DNA from: Malacoraja senta
Lineage: Eukaryota
Assembly: GCA_038087875.1 (NCBI GenBank)
Contig: CM075993.1
Coordinates: 3,474,001-3,538,000, forward strand
Length of the DNA stretch: 64,000 bases
Reading direction: 5' to 3'
Both the position numbers and the translations under genes were made by a program. Positions within the stretch are counted from its first letter, which is position 1. Each line of letters opens with the position of its first letter. This document shows positions 39,107 to 53,160 of the stretch, in pieces. Below the pieces are notes generated by a model that saw only the letters and a program-made list of their open reading frames with translations, was not told the DNA's origin and did no database searches.

Positions 39107-42100
39107 TAAACAGTTTCTGAACCTTCTTCCAAATGCTTTAGGCTTGGACTCCATTAAATATGCAGATATATGATTCATTCTTTCATTGAAACAAATACTT
39201 AAATCTGTGGGGAAACTAAAGTTTTGCAATAAATTTGCTTTGTTATTGCTTCAGATTAGACGCCTGAGTCCAGAAGTCTTGCCTGTCTTTGAAAGTATGA
39301 AAATGTTACAAGCTACTCATGTTACCCTGGCAACTCTACTCTGATTAATGTGTAGGAAGGAACCGCAGATGCTGGTTTAAACTGAAGAAAGACACAAAAT
39401 GTTGGAGTAATTCTGCAGGACAGGCAGCAAATCTGGAGAGAAGGAATGGGTGACGTTTCGGGCCGAGACCTTTCTTCAGGTCTCAACCCGAAACGTCACC
39501 CACTCCTTCTCACCAGAGATGCTGCCTGTCCTGCTGAGTTACTCCAGCGTTTTGTGTCTATCTACTATGATTAACAGGTTCCTTTCAATTATAAGCCCGA
39601 ATTGTCTGCAACAAGTTACATTTTTTCTACCTATGTTGAATAATTTTTAGTGATTTCTCCAATGGTGAATTTGAGGTCAGGATCTTTAACAATTCATGGC
39701 AATTGAACATTCATCCCAGTTTCTATTGCTCAGCTTGGCTGCTCGAGGTTTACTCATTTCTACGTATATCACATGCACCAAGTAGACAATGGAGCTCGCT
39801 GCTGTGAGTATTTGAAAAAAATGTATAGTGGATATTTATGATTGAATTTTTAATCTAGCATTCGTCACAATACACTGGTGGGATGTGGCAGTGTGTAGCT
39901 CTGCTAAACAAAATGGCAGGATGTTTGGTTATACTGACGGCATGTCCAATCTCAGCCAGCGTTATTGGGTTGGCACTGAATATGGGATGACGATAAATAG
40001 GGATTGGTGGATGAGACGAGTTGCATTTGGGCTCCGTAATTTGTCACCGTGTCGTTACATCAGAGATGAAAGTAATTTGACCCATGAAGTCTGTGCCAAC
40101 TTGTGTCGAGCAATCCAGTCAATCTCAATTTTCCTCTATCCCCATAGCTTTGCTTTTATTTCCTTTGTGTATATCCAATTTCCTTTTGGAAATCCTTCTC
40201 TCTGTTTCTGTCTCCCTTGTCACCAGAGGGATGCAGTGCATTGTTTCATCAATAAATATAATTCATCTTGGAATTTGATTTAAGAGAGAGTTAGATGGAG
40301 CTCTAGGGGCTAGTGGAGTCAAGGGATATGGGGAGAAGGCAGGCATGGGTTATTGATAGGGGACGATCAGCCATGATCACAATGAATGGCGGTGCTGGCT
40401 CGAAGGGCCGAATGGCCTCCTCCTGCACCTCTTTTCTATGTTTCTATGTAATTCTTATTTATTCAGAACCTTAAATCTGTGTCCCTGTGGATCTTGCACT
40501 ATTAGCTCACAGGAATAACCATCTTTGTATACTCAGTAATATAACACAGAAACAGGCCCTTCAGCCCAACTCATCCATGCCGCCCAAGATTTCTATCTAT
40601 ACTAGTCCCATTTGTCCCATATCCCTCTCAACTTTTCATGTCCATTGACCGTTTAAATGTTATTGTACCTGCCTCAATCACTCCCTCTGGCAGCTCATTC
40701 AATGTTTGTACCACTCACTGTATGTACCCTCCCCCTCCCTCCCCTCTCTCCCCCCCATCCCTCCCCCCTACCCCTCTGTCCCTCTTCCACCACTCTCCCT
40801 ACCGTACCACTTGGCGTAGCGGTTTAGTTGCTGCCTTATAACGCTTTCAGCGCCAGAAACGCAGGTTCGATCCCCACTACGGGTGCTGTCTGTATGGAGT
40901 TTGTACGTTCTTCCCATGACCATGCGGGTTTTCTCCGAGATATTAGGTTACCTCCCACACTCGAAAGACATACAGGTTTGTAGGTTAATAGGGATTCTAT
41001 TTTTTTAAAAAGTAAATTGTCCCTAGTGTGTGTAGGATAGTGTTAATCTGCGGGGATTGTTGGTCGCCGCGGACTCGGTGGGTCGTTAGGCCTGTTTCCG
41101 CGCTGTATCTCTAAACTAAACACAATTGGTTTGCAAAATCTCCACATGATGTTCCTATTAAATCTTCCCCTTCTCACCTTAAAGTTATGCCCTGTCATAA
41201 TCTGATGCTTCTCTGCCAAATCTCTTAACCTCTCTTGCTCCAAGGATAACTTCTGCCTCACTAGTTTAACTTTGAATTTAAAATCCAATAACCCTAGAAC
41301 CATTTTGATGCATTTCTGGGATTTTCTTATCCTCTGATGTGTGTGGTGAGCAGAATTAGATGCAATATAGTGGTAGTCATCTAACCAGAATTCTACAAAG
41401 TTTCGTAGCTTTTGTGCTCTTGATAAAGCTTGAGATCCTTTGTGAAAATGTATCCATTGTATCAATGATGAATGCGTATGAACTGCAGGTCTCTGTACCT
41501 ATGTGCTGTTTAGAGCAGCCAGTATGCTTGTATTGCCCCTTAAGATCTCCAAAGCAGGCTAGCGTGATATGAAAGGATGATCCTTTGAAATTGAGGGTAA
41601 ACACCTTAAAATTGAGATCTTATTTTGTTGATGGGCAACTTGGACTCAAAGGGATTGGTTTATTGAGACTTAATCCCAGCCCTGAAATGAACATCAGGTT
41701 TTGCAGATACAATTGCTAGAGCAGGTGTTATGTGAAGCTCAATGTGTTACCTTGGTCAATATGGTACCAATATCATGAATATTCTGCATCAGCTTCATGC
41801 AGTTGCTAGCGTGAGGAAAGTCATTGGTGGCTAGGGAATAGTTTTTGAGTCATGGGTTAAAGGCAATGATTTGCCTTCCTGGTATGCTCATTGTTTATGA
41901 GAATGTGGGACTCAAAATGGTTATAAAATTGGACAAAAACCAGAGACTTGCCAATGTAAGTCAGTTGTATTAATTGTATGCGGCAAAGATGTGTATGAAT
42001 AAAGGAGAACATGCTACAGTAGAAAAGTGCAAGTTGCAAAGTTCAGTTCATGTTGCATTTTGGTATGTAACCATGGACCACTAAACCCTATTCTAGATTT

Positions 42101-42380
42101 CTTGACAGATTCTTGAGGGTAGGCCTGCTCGTTGGAGTTAAACTTGCATTTCAGTTCTTCACCTGCAATACATTAATTAGTCTTGTATTCTCAAAGTGCA
42201 GATCCTTTGAAAACCTGTATCTTTATGGCAAAAATGGTTTATAATTGCAAATGAATAGTGTATTTCCTATATCATGCTTTCTGATTTCAAGAGGAAAGCT
42301 AAAAATCTGCTAATATTGTTGAACGCAAGTATTATGTTTGTAGGTGAGAGCTGCATTTTGTCAATTACTCGATAGACTAA

Positions 42381-42710
42381 AGGCCCTGTCCCACTTTCCC
42401 GAGTTACTCACGAACTCTCCCGAATTTTTCCCCTTGATTCAAACTTGGATAATTACGGTTATAGTTATTCGTAGGTACTCGGGGCTATTTTTTTTACTCG
42501 TGGACATTTTTCAACATGTTGAAAAAACATCCCGACTTACCTGATGCCCCGAGTTCCTATGGCTGGCATTACAAGCCGCTACGAAACATCTACGGACTCC
42601 TACGGGCTACTACGAGCTCGCTACCGACAATCCCCGACATTCCCCGAGTTCAAATCAAGGGGAAAACTCGGGAGAGTTCGTGAGTAACTCGGGAAAGTGG
42701 GACAGGGCCT
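42381..42710. mobile_element. PIF/Harbinger-type MITE with long TIRs and TAA TSD
   Basis: First 43 nt (AGGCCCTGTCCCACTTTCCCGAG...) perfectly inverted, about 65 nt imperfectly; TAA at 42378-42380 and 42711-42713. Confidence 0.85.
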
Positions 42711-45700
42711 TAAAGGTTTTAGCTAATCTTCTGTAGTGAAAGAACTTGCGGATTCTCCAGGTGCATGTGGTTCAGCAAAATAAATCAAATTTGCACTGGA
42801 ATGAGAACTGATCATGTATAAAATAAAGTTCTTTGATCTGGTCAAGAGTCACGTACTCTTGATCAATTATGCAGTGTCCCCAAGCTGGTTTTCATTTTGT
42901 ACCCATGCTGCATTTCAATTTTGATTTGCGTCATCAGAGCAGATTAGGATGTGCATGTATGACATCCTTCAACTTAAATATTATTTGTTGTTATTTTAGT
43001 TTAGATGTTGTTGTTCCTCCTTCGTAGTCGAAGAAGACCATGACTTCAGTGTTTTTCTTTGTGGATCCAGAGGATACACAGTTGGGTGGTGCTGCAATAG
43101 AAGTTGAAGTGGCTCGAGCCTTGCGCGTGGCATTTAGAGATACAGCGCGAAACAGGCCCTTCGGCCCACCGAGTCCGCACCAAGCAGTGATCATCCCGTA
43201 AACTAGCACTATCCTACACACTAGGGGTAATTTACATTTGTACCAAGCCAATTTACCTATAAACCTGTACCTAGTGTGGGTGGAAACCAGAGATCTCAGA
43301 GAAAACCCACAGGGAGAACGTACAAACTCCATGCAGACAGCACCCATAGTCTGGATCGAACCCGGGTCTCTGGCACTGCACCATGCCGCTTGTCTTTTCA
43401 TATCCAAACGCCTTAGAACTGCACAGGTTATCTTGCCGATTAGTTACCTTCTGCCAACATTTTCCCACAAGCAAATGTAAAGGAACAGACCAATTAATCT
43501 ATTCATTTGGTAGTTTCATTTAGACCTAATGTTTGTCCCATAGCCTCTAAACAATTTAGGAGCTGTTAATGGTCTGTGGAGCCCTTCAATTTATCTTTAG
43601 GTTTGGATTAATTATTACCACGTGTACCAAGGTATAATGAAAAGGTTTTGTTTCCACGCTATCCGAACAAATCAGATAATACTGTACATGAATGTAATCA
43701 AGCCAAACGCAAGCCAACAGAACAGAGTGAAAGGAAAAGAAGATAGACACAAAATGCTGGAGTAACTCTGACTGAAGAAGGGTCTCGACCCGAAACGTCA
43801 CTCATTCCTTCTCTCCAGAGATGCTGCCTGTCCCGCTGAGTTACTCCAGAATTTTTTGTGTCTCTGCAGAATGTTGGGGGAGTTCCCGATGTTGGGGAAG
43901 TCCAGAAGCAGGGGTCACAGTGTAATAATAAGGGGTAGGCCATTTAGGACTGAGATGAGGAAAAACATTTTCACCCTGAGAGTTGTGAATCTGTGGAATT
44001 CTCTGCCACAGAAAGCAATGGAGGCCAATTTTCAAGAGAAAGTTAGATACAGCTCTTAGGGCTAACGGAATCAAAGGATATGGGGAGAAAGCTGGAACGA
44101 CGTACTATTTTGAATGATCATGTTGATTGGCGGTGCTGGCTCGAAGGGTCTAATGGCCTACTCCTGCACCTATTTTCTATGTTTCTATATAATTTACAGC
44201 TCTGTAGTATAACATTTCCAGAGAAAAGGGTCAATATCTGCAATGAGGTAGGTTGGAAAATCAGAACTGTACCCATGCATATAGAAGGATTATTCCATGA
44301 ACAAGGATAACAGAGGGGAGGAAGCTGATCCTGAGTCCAATGGGAGGAGGGAGAAGGAATAACCGGGGTGGGAAAGGTCTTTGATTATGTTGCCTTCTAT
44401 CCTGAGACTGTATGAAGTATAGATGGAATCAATGGTGGGAAGTCTGGTCTGTGCGATGGATTGGGCTACATCCACATCCACTGCTCTGCAACTTCTGAAT
44501 TTAAAAAATGTGATTAAATAGAAGCAAATTCCTTTTCTCAAACACATTTATCCTATCTCCCGCCCTGTGTACAGGCAGTCCCTGGGTTATGGGAGAGACC
44601 CGATCCTGGGAACTGCTCAGAAGCCCAGGCGGAAACGTCTGCTTTCCATTGCTACCATATTGCATCACTCTGCACTTGCTATAAATATCATTTCATTGCA
44701 TAATTACCGAAGCAATCCACTATTAAACTAATGAAATATATACTGTATCCACTGAATGAGTACCATGAAATATTATTATTACTAGCTTGACAAATGCTTT
44801 CAGAATGTATGGGAGAATTTGCAAAATATATGGGAGTCTGACGTCCATAAGTCAAAGCATTTGTAACCATAGGCCCCTGTACTTGAAATAATTTGTTTGC
44901 TATATTTTGGATGCGTTGGAGAGTGAGGAGGGGGTAAGGAAGCCTTAATGTTTTTGGAGACAATATGGAATAATTTTATCAGCTGGCGTTGTTCTATGTG
45001 TGCACATTCACATCCAAACAATTTTTATGAATATACATTTAATGAGGTATAAAGAACCTGGGTGCTGTTGTTAATAATGTATGTTAAGGACCTGATTACC
45101 ATGATTCATTTCCTGTGCAATGCAGACCACTTAAAACTGCTGCCGATCTTAATTATGAAAGAATCCATTTAAGTGATGTGAGTTACTTGTACCAGTAAAC
45201 TTTAGTGAAGTGAATGTTTGGTGCTGAGATTGCGTATATGAAAGAATATTGCTCTGTAACTGATATGGTTAGGCAGTGCAGTCCATGAATGGTGTGAATC
45301 TTCTGGTGATCTTGAATTTCCTTTGTTCGCTTTATAAAGAATATAAAGTTTCGCAGCCTGGTTAAGTGGGACAATAAAGCAAGACTCAATGAAATAAATG
45401 GCATTCCAATGAATGGTCAATAGGTTACTGCAGTGTAGTGCACAGCCTAGATATGAGCTACATCTAATAATATTGATATTTGCATTTGTTTGAACGCTGA
45501 CTTTTCTAGATGTGAACACATTCTCAGCTTTTAAATCTTTCATTTCAGTTTAATGTTTTTTTTTCAAATGTTGCTTTTAACATCATTCTGAACACTTTTC
45601 TTTGTGTGAGCAAGAACCCGAGCAGGAATATAGCTGTATATTAGAGAGAAGATTTTGCAATGAAAGGCCATTAATAGTAGTATTTTTAATGTGGCTTTAC

Positions 45701-47620
45701 GGGTACATATAAAGCACAAGATTTATCATCGTCATACAGCATGGAAGTGGAACATGTCCACTTCCATGCTGTATCTAAGATGCTCCATCTAAGCCAATCC
45801 CATTTACTTTTGTCTCTCCAACATTCCTCTAAACCTTTCTTTGTCACCAACATTAAGGGTGAATGGAAGCATGCCCCAAAACTACTTTTAAGGAGGAAGA
45901 AACATTTAGGGCAGTATTTCAGAATATTTGCTAGGCACATATTGGGCAGCACAGTGGCATAGCCTTATGAACATCAATTAAAATTTTTAACCTTAAAATG
46001 TTTACATAACACAAAATGTTTTATCATTAATGTTTTATTATTATTAATGTTTAGTGTTTTCTGAGTCATTCGTAACTGTCACTATGTCATGTTGTTACTT
46101 GTGGGCGGAGCACCAAGGCAAATTCCTTGTATGTGAATACTTGGCCAATAAACTTACTTACTTATAATGACTGATCTGGGTTAATTTGCTCATCACCACA
46201 TGGGTTGGCATTGTTGTATCACATGCTGAATCATTGCAGTCTCATGTTCAATAGAATTGATGAAAATTGATTTTGATAAAATCTAGTCATATAAAAATCC
46301 CAAAACTGCAGCAATCAGCAGTTTTAAATCCGTACTGACCCCTTTCTGGGCATTAGTCAAGAATGTTTTATCGTCATGTGCCAAAACGTAACATTGAAAT
46401 TCTTTCTTGCCGCTGCACAACAGGTCTGTAAACACAATACTCTATAGCTAATATAATAAACAAACATAATAAGGTTCAATAAAAGAAACCCAATATAGTA
46501 CAAAAAAACAAAACACAAAGCTCAAAGTCCCTAGTGCCATCAAGACAGTTCAGAGTGTATTTGGAGTTGGTCGTGTTCAATTGCATTAAAACAATGGTAT
46601 CAAATCTTCGGTTATAATGTTTTGCTCAGCATGCACATCATTTCCAAATGCTGTACTTCAAGAGTTCTCAAAATTATTTCAAATTCCATTTGCTGATTGT
46701 GAGATTTGACCCAAGCTGAGAATTTTCTTCTGTGTGCAGTTGTGATGCTCTGGGTTTATCATGGGAAAATGTAAAATGGGGAACAGTAAAGTGAATGCAT
46801 TTTTATTCACCTGCCTTTGTGCCTTTACGCTATGCCTGTCCCTGGTTTGGTTTGGTCACTATGCAGATCTGTATGGGAAGTTTAAAATTGCATGAAAGAG
46901 GGCATGATGGTTTTTTCTCTTGAACTGATGCTGGATAGGTGGGGTGGATAGATTATTGCACAATGTTTTGAGATAAATATACTATTTTTCTACACTTGTG
47001 TAAAATGATATTTTGCTGCTTTTCATCACAATGTTGTTTCTGAGACTTGAGTTTTCTAGGCTTAAGGGTTAAACAAACAGTATTAATAAATACACCAGAT
47101 GGTACCACCTCAGTGTTTTAACAAGCTCAGATTAATGAGCTTTAAATACTTGATCTGTACCAACAATTTCTGAACACTTTATATAAACAATTTATTGCTA
47201 CTTTCATTCAATAAGATAAATCGGTCTGAATATCCTGTTATGTTCTAACAGAGCTAGGCCTTTGGACCCTTTGAGCGCCTCTGCTAATCAATAGCTTTGT
47301 GACTGATTCCACATTTCATAGCATGTTCCATGCTCTCTCCATAATCCTTGAAGTCTTTTGCTCGAAATATATTGATCTCTAATGTTTAAGAAAGAACTGC
47401 AGATGCTGGTAAAATCGATGGTAGACAAAAATACTGGAGGAACTCAGCGGGTGAGGCAGCATCTATGGAGAGAAGAAATAGGCGACGTTTCGGGTCGAGA
47501 TCCTGAAGAAGGGTCTCGACCCGAAAACGTCGCCTATTTCTTCTCACCATAGATGCTGTCTCACCCGCTGAGTTTCCCTGGCATTTTTGTCTACCTTTGA
47601 CCTCTAAGGTATTCAGAGAC

Positions 47621-48155
47621 ATGTGATGCAGCGGTAAAGTTGCTGCCTTACAGCGCCAGAGACCTGGGTTCGATCCTGACCACGGGTGCTGTCAGTACAG
47701 AGTTTGTACGTTCTCCCCGTGACCTGCGTGGGTTTTCTCCAGGATCCCCGATGTCCTCCCACACTCCCAAGACGTACAGCAATTGGCTTGGTATAATTAT
47801 AAATTGTCCTTACTGTGTGGGATAGTGTTAATGTTAGAGATGAGAAAAACATTTTTCACACAGAGAGTGGTGAATCTGTGGAATTCTCTGCCACAGAAGG
47901 TAGTTGATGCCAGTTCATTGGCTATATTTAAGAGGGAGTTAGATGTGGCCCTTGTGGCGAAAGGGATCAGGGGGTATGGAGAGAAGGCAGGTACAGGATA
48001 CTGAGTTGGATGATCAGCCATGATCACATTGAATGGTGGTGCAGGCTTGAAGGGCCGAATGGCCTACTCCTGCACCTATTTCCTATGTTTCTTGGATCAC
48101 TGGTTGGCGTGGTTTCAGCGGGCTGAAGGACCTGCTTCCAAATGAACTAAACTAA
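47621..48155 (+). mobile_element. V-SINE interrupted by a CR1 3' end (about 47834-48090)
   Basis: SINE head and V-domain, then EMRKTFFTQRVVNLWNSLP CR1 segment nearly identical to 5569-5943, then the SINE tail resumes. Confidence 0.8.
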
Positions 48156-48178
48156 ACATGGCCTAAAAGCTAGCTTCT

Positions 48179-49184
48179 TTCAGCTTCGGACGATAGCTAA
48201 AATAAAACAATTCCTCCACTTTGATGACCTCGAAAAGATCATCCACACAATTATCTCCTCCCGCCTAGATCCCTTTACACTGGCATCAGCCAGTCTTCCC
48301 TGTCCTGCCTGCAACTGGTCCAAAACGCCGCAGCGAGACTCCTGATGGGCACCCAAAAAAGGGACCACATCACCCCGATCCTGGCCTCTCTCCACTGGCT
48401 CCCTGTGCGGTTCCGTATACATTTCAAGATCCTCCTCTGTCTACAAAGCCCTCAATGGGCTTGCCCCCACCTACATTAAAAGTCTTCTCACCCACCACTC
48501 CATCTCCAGGTCCCTCAGATCGGCTGACTTGGGGTTGCTGAATATCCCGCGGTCTAGGCATAAGCTATGGGGCGACCGCACCGTAGACTGTGGAACAGCA
48601 TCCCCCTTCCCATCAGAACTGCCCCCTCCATCGACTCCTTTAAGTCAAGACTAAAAACTTATCTCAGGGCTGGATTAACCATTAAGCAAAATAAGCACTT
48701 GCTTAGGGCATCAAGGGAAGGGGGGCACCACAGAAATGGTAAATGGTTTACGGCACAAAAGAAATCACTTTAAACTTGCTAAAATAATATTCAAAGTGGT
48801 TTATATGATCGGAGAAAAAGTTTCAAATATGAATAAAGTGGAAGTATACAAAAATAAACATTATTTTCCATCTTACTGTTAGTTTTGTTTCATTTTGAAA
48901 AATAAAAATGTATTTTATGGTTTATTATTGTTTATATTTTGAATTACATATATATGGGGGCACCAAAATCTTTTAAGTGCTTAGGGCCTCTATGGGTCTT
49001 AATCCGGCCCTGACTTATCTATACTCCCAAGCCTTTCTTGACGTCCTCTGAGCGAGGGCTACATGTATATAATATGTATGTAGTTTGTTTGTTTATACTA
49101 TTCTTATAACAAATGTAAAGCACTTTGGCCAACGAGAGTTGTTTTTTAAATGTGCTATATAAATAAATGTGACTTGACGTGACT
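48179..49184 (+). mobile_element. L2 LINE 3' fragment interrupted by a hAT MITE
   Basis: FQLRTIAKIK..DLEKIIH..SSRLD..LQLVQNAAARLL..HITP..LHWLP..LWNSIP..FKSRLKTYL; tail gtaaagcactttg..AATAAA..(gactt)n. Confidence 0.85.
48665..49012. mobile_element. hAT MITE with 8-bp TSD
   Basis: TIR CAGGGC(T/C)GGATTAA; TSD ACTTATCT at 48657-48664 and 49013-49020. Confidence 0.9.
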
Positions 49185-50101
49185 CTACACACTCCACAGT
49201 GTCACCACCCTATGCATGAGGAAATTTCTGCATCTCAGCAACTCGCTGCGTAATTTGAGACTAGCCATGTTCTGGACAAAACCTGCCAGGGAAAACATGA
49301 TCCTCTCTTCATCCAGTCTATCTAGCTCTACCAGATTTAATGAGATTGATTTAATCTACAAAATTCCTGTGGCTACAAACCTAATTGTCCTAACCTCTCC
49401 TCGGATGGCTATCCCAGGATCAGTCTGCACCTTTGCTGTATTTCTGTGCAGCAAATAACTTGGAAAGAGTCCAAACTGTGCACACAATTCCAAGTATGAA
49501 ACTGCAAGTTTAACCTGTACTTGATGTAACTGAATTTTTGAATCTTTCAAATTAAAATGTTCTGTAGAATTTTAAGACATCATAAACTATCGGAAAAGCT
49601 TGGCACTGATGTATGGATATTTTTTTCAATATATGGCCAGTTGGCTTCTCCGAATAAAATCATTAAACCCGTTTCATTTTCTACGATTTTACCATTTCCT
49701 GAAGCTACTCGCTGATTACAGTTAGTGGTGAGATTTTCTCCATATGGTCTAAAAGGTTGGAAATGGTTCCCCTGGTGATTTCTCCAAATGCTGCAGGCAT
49801 CTGGAGCCGATGCAAGAATGGTGTTGCTTATCGCTGAGCTATACTACTTTCATTTTCCAAACAGGTATAGCTAACAAATCTAACCCAACCTCCCCTGATG
49901 CACAAAAGCTAGCTTCAGGAGATTCAATTGAAGAGAAGAGCAACTTGTAACCATAAAACAACTTTGGAAAAAATATTTCCTTCCACTGCGCTTGAACTTT
50001 GGTTTACACGATTTCTACAGATTGTTGAAAAATGTACACTAAAACTTTAAATATAATCGTTCATAACCACCGTCTTATTTTGTTTCTGTGATGCAGGTCT
50101 G

Positions 50102-50122
50102 ATGGTACCTGGCAAGCGTTGA
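50102..50122 (+). promoter_or_regulatory. Upstream ORF in the CSK 5' UTR (MVPGKR*)
   Basis: ATG GTA CCT GGC AAG CGT TGA inside the exon, ending 47 nt before the main ATG. Confidence 0.65.
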
Positions 50123-50169
50123 ACCGTTGTGAGACTTCCCACCCACAGCAACCGTTGTCGAACTGCAAC

Positions 50170-50184
50170 ATGTCACAACCACAG
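50170..50184 (+). CDS. CSK: CSK first coding exon, coding part (MSQPQ); whole exon 50097-50184 including 5' UTR
   Basis: Acceptor ttttgtttctgtgatgcAG ends at 50096; ATG in gcaacATGt at 50170; donor CAG|gtaaaa after 50184. Five codons in phase 0 join the next exon and correspond to human CSK MSAIQ. Confidence 0.85.
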
Positions 50185-53160
50185 GTAAAATGTTTTCTCC
50201 TGGTACAGTGCTCTTCTAGTTTTATTCTGCAGTTAAAAATTGGCATACAAGGATTTTTGTGGGTGCAAATGTAAGGCAGGACAAGGATACAAGTCTGGTC
50301 TTTGGTTAATGAGAAATGAACTGCCTTGTGACTTTTCTTTCCAAGTACAACCGTGCATGAAGGTAAAAGGCCATGTGAAGCACAGGCAGTAAAGTATGTT
50401 AATTACCACCAAAAGCTTTCATCTGCATTAATTGATGCAAGGGATGCAATTGTTCAATCTTATGGGAAACTATAGTGATGCATAATGTTTTCTAGTTCCC
50501 CATATATCATCATACTCGTTCACCAATGTCTTTTAATCTGGGGAAAATAGCACGAGAAAATTAGCATTTTCCCGTGACACTGTTGCTAACTGATTGTTTT
50601 GTTGATGCTGGTTACAACTTGTACATTTTTGTTTGATCTATTTGTACTTTGCTGCTCTCTGTTCCAGGTACTGACATGCTCAGTACTAACATCTATAAAC
50701 CCTGGTGTTCATAATGTTGGAGAAAGGAGCTCCAGCTTCGGTTTCCTCCCACATTCCAAAGACGTGCTGCTTTGCAGGTTAATTGGCTTCTGTAAATTTA
50801 CCCTCGCGCGTAGGATAGAACTAATGCAAGCGTGATTGGTGGTCGGCGTGGACTTGGTGAGATGAAGGACCTGTTTCCATGCCATATCTCTAAAAATAAA
50901 ACGAAACTAAAATAGGGGGCATACAGCACGGGAACAGGCACCTCGACCCAACTCATCCATGCCGACCAAGCTGCCCAGCTGAGCCAGTCCAAATCGTCCC
51001 GTGTCCCTCCAAACCCCTCCTGTCAAATAATAATTAAAGTGGGCCATTTTGCATAAAGTATAAAGTTACAGACAATTTCCTTCTAGTACCTCAACTGTTG
51101 TTGGGTCCCATGCAGTGCACTCTCAGCAGCAGGCATTCGCAAAAAAACTGGAGTAACTCGGCAGGACAGGCAGCATCTCTGGAGAGAAGGAATGGGTGAC
51201 GTTTCAGTCTGAAGAAAGGTTTCGACCCGAAACGTCACCAATTCCTTCCCTCCAGAGATGCTGCCAGTCCCGCTGAGTGACTCCAGCTTTTTGTGTCTAT
51301 CTGCGGGTTTAAACCAGCATCTGCACTTCCTACACTCTTAGAAACAGGTATATACATTTGGGTACAATAGCTAGTATTATCTTTTAATATTTTGCCCATG
51401 TCCATATGTTTGACATTAGTTAATTTCCAATGATTATTCACTGAAGTGTGATTTGGAAACGGTTAAATCTTCATTTCCCTTGCATATTGAATGCTGCCTT
51501 TTCTGTTGTACATTGCAAGCTGAGAAAAGTTTTGGAAAATATTTTAGGGAAAGGGTACATTAAAAAAAAGGGCAAAAAGTAAACTTGTTTTAAAGTTGAG
51601 TCCTTGGTTCAGTACTGGAACAGGTGAAGGATATTTACCTAATCAAAATCGTATAGCTTGAGGCCATCAATCTTCCTTTTGATACATATCACTCTTAATA
51701 TCAGAAAGCATCGTATATCTTTTAAGAAATCCATTAATATTGGATATGAAATGATCAACTGATCTGGCAGGAATGACCATCTGTGGAAGACTTTAAACTT
51801 TTACCTTCATACAAGCTTTTTTTTGCAAATCTTTTTTTTTAAATGTTCCCCACTCCACCCTAATCCAACAATTAGTAGACAGTTCATTGTCTATCTGATT
51901 GTTTACCTTTTGATATTGAAAACTTAAAATTGACTCATTAACAGTAAAATCCTAATTTATATAATTTCCCACCGTTTATACCTTGGCCATGTTTAGTTTG
52001 GTCATTCTGGACTGAACTTAACTCTGGCCATAATTTTATATTTAGAAGTCCAACATTAATGATCCTGTATTTTCTGTGCCAGTCCATGATATCTCAACGT
52101 CTGAGTTACAAGCTCTCAAAGGTACTGAACGTTTACAGAGCCAACTAACATGGGAAGGTCTTAATTTTTAGATTTATTAATCCTAAGAATTAAGTTAATT
52201 TGTGTAATTGCTCATGCAATGATAAAATATCAAGAGCCTCTCACTTCATACATTTCAGCTGTTCCTGCGCTGATATTTCCTATCTTAACCAAACATAAGG
52301 CTCTGCAGGGCAAATGTTTGGGAGAAACACTGAAAATTTGCTTTGAACAAATTGTGAAATGAAAATTAAACTGGTAGAAGAATGTGTTACATATAACCTA
52401 CGATAATAGGCTGGTGCACCACCATAAATCGCTTTTAAATACTGACGGGAAAATTGTTTGAAGTGTACATATCAATACTAAGAAGGCTTAATTAGCAATT
52501 TGCTGCGGGGCTACACCTCCCTCTTACAAAGCCATGTGAGCACGAGAACATTGAAGTATGCATAATTCAGTACTACTAAAAGCATAAAGCCTATGAAATG
52601 TTTTTGCATCTTAAATATTCTGATTTATGACCACGAAAGATTGTATAAGCTGTCTTGTCCTAGTTTTACCTTTCATATTTATCAACTATTCTGGCTACAC
52701 AACTGATTTAGCTGCCTTCCTAAATTGATCAGAAAGATAGGGCAGGTCATACCGTCACCATTTCAAGTGAGATTGTTCAGCAAGTGTAAATGTGTAGCCT
52801 GCTTGCGTTTTTTTTTAAAGCAATATTCAATTGTTTTGGGTATGGTCGGTTAAATTAAAGTGGATGTGATTCTCGTGTACTTTTAGTGAAATGTTGAGAT
52901 AATGGCCAGGAGGGTGTTTTTGTTGCAAAGCCTGAAGGCTGTTGGCCGCTCCCATGAACTCTGGGTGTGCCTGCAGCATGAACTAGCAGTGGGGCAAGTG
53001 CACAGATACTCTGACTGGGATGATGGCCAAGTGTGCAGAGGAGCATGATGGAGGTTTTAACTGTGCAGACAGTGGAAAGAGGCCAGGCCCAAGTCATGGC
53101 CAGGGGTCGGGCCAGCTTGCAGCTTAACGTAGCTTATCGGGCTGATGGTTCAAAGCCTAA

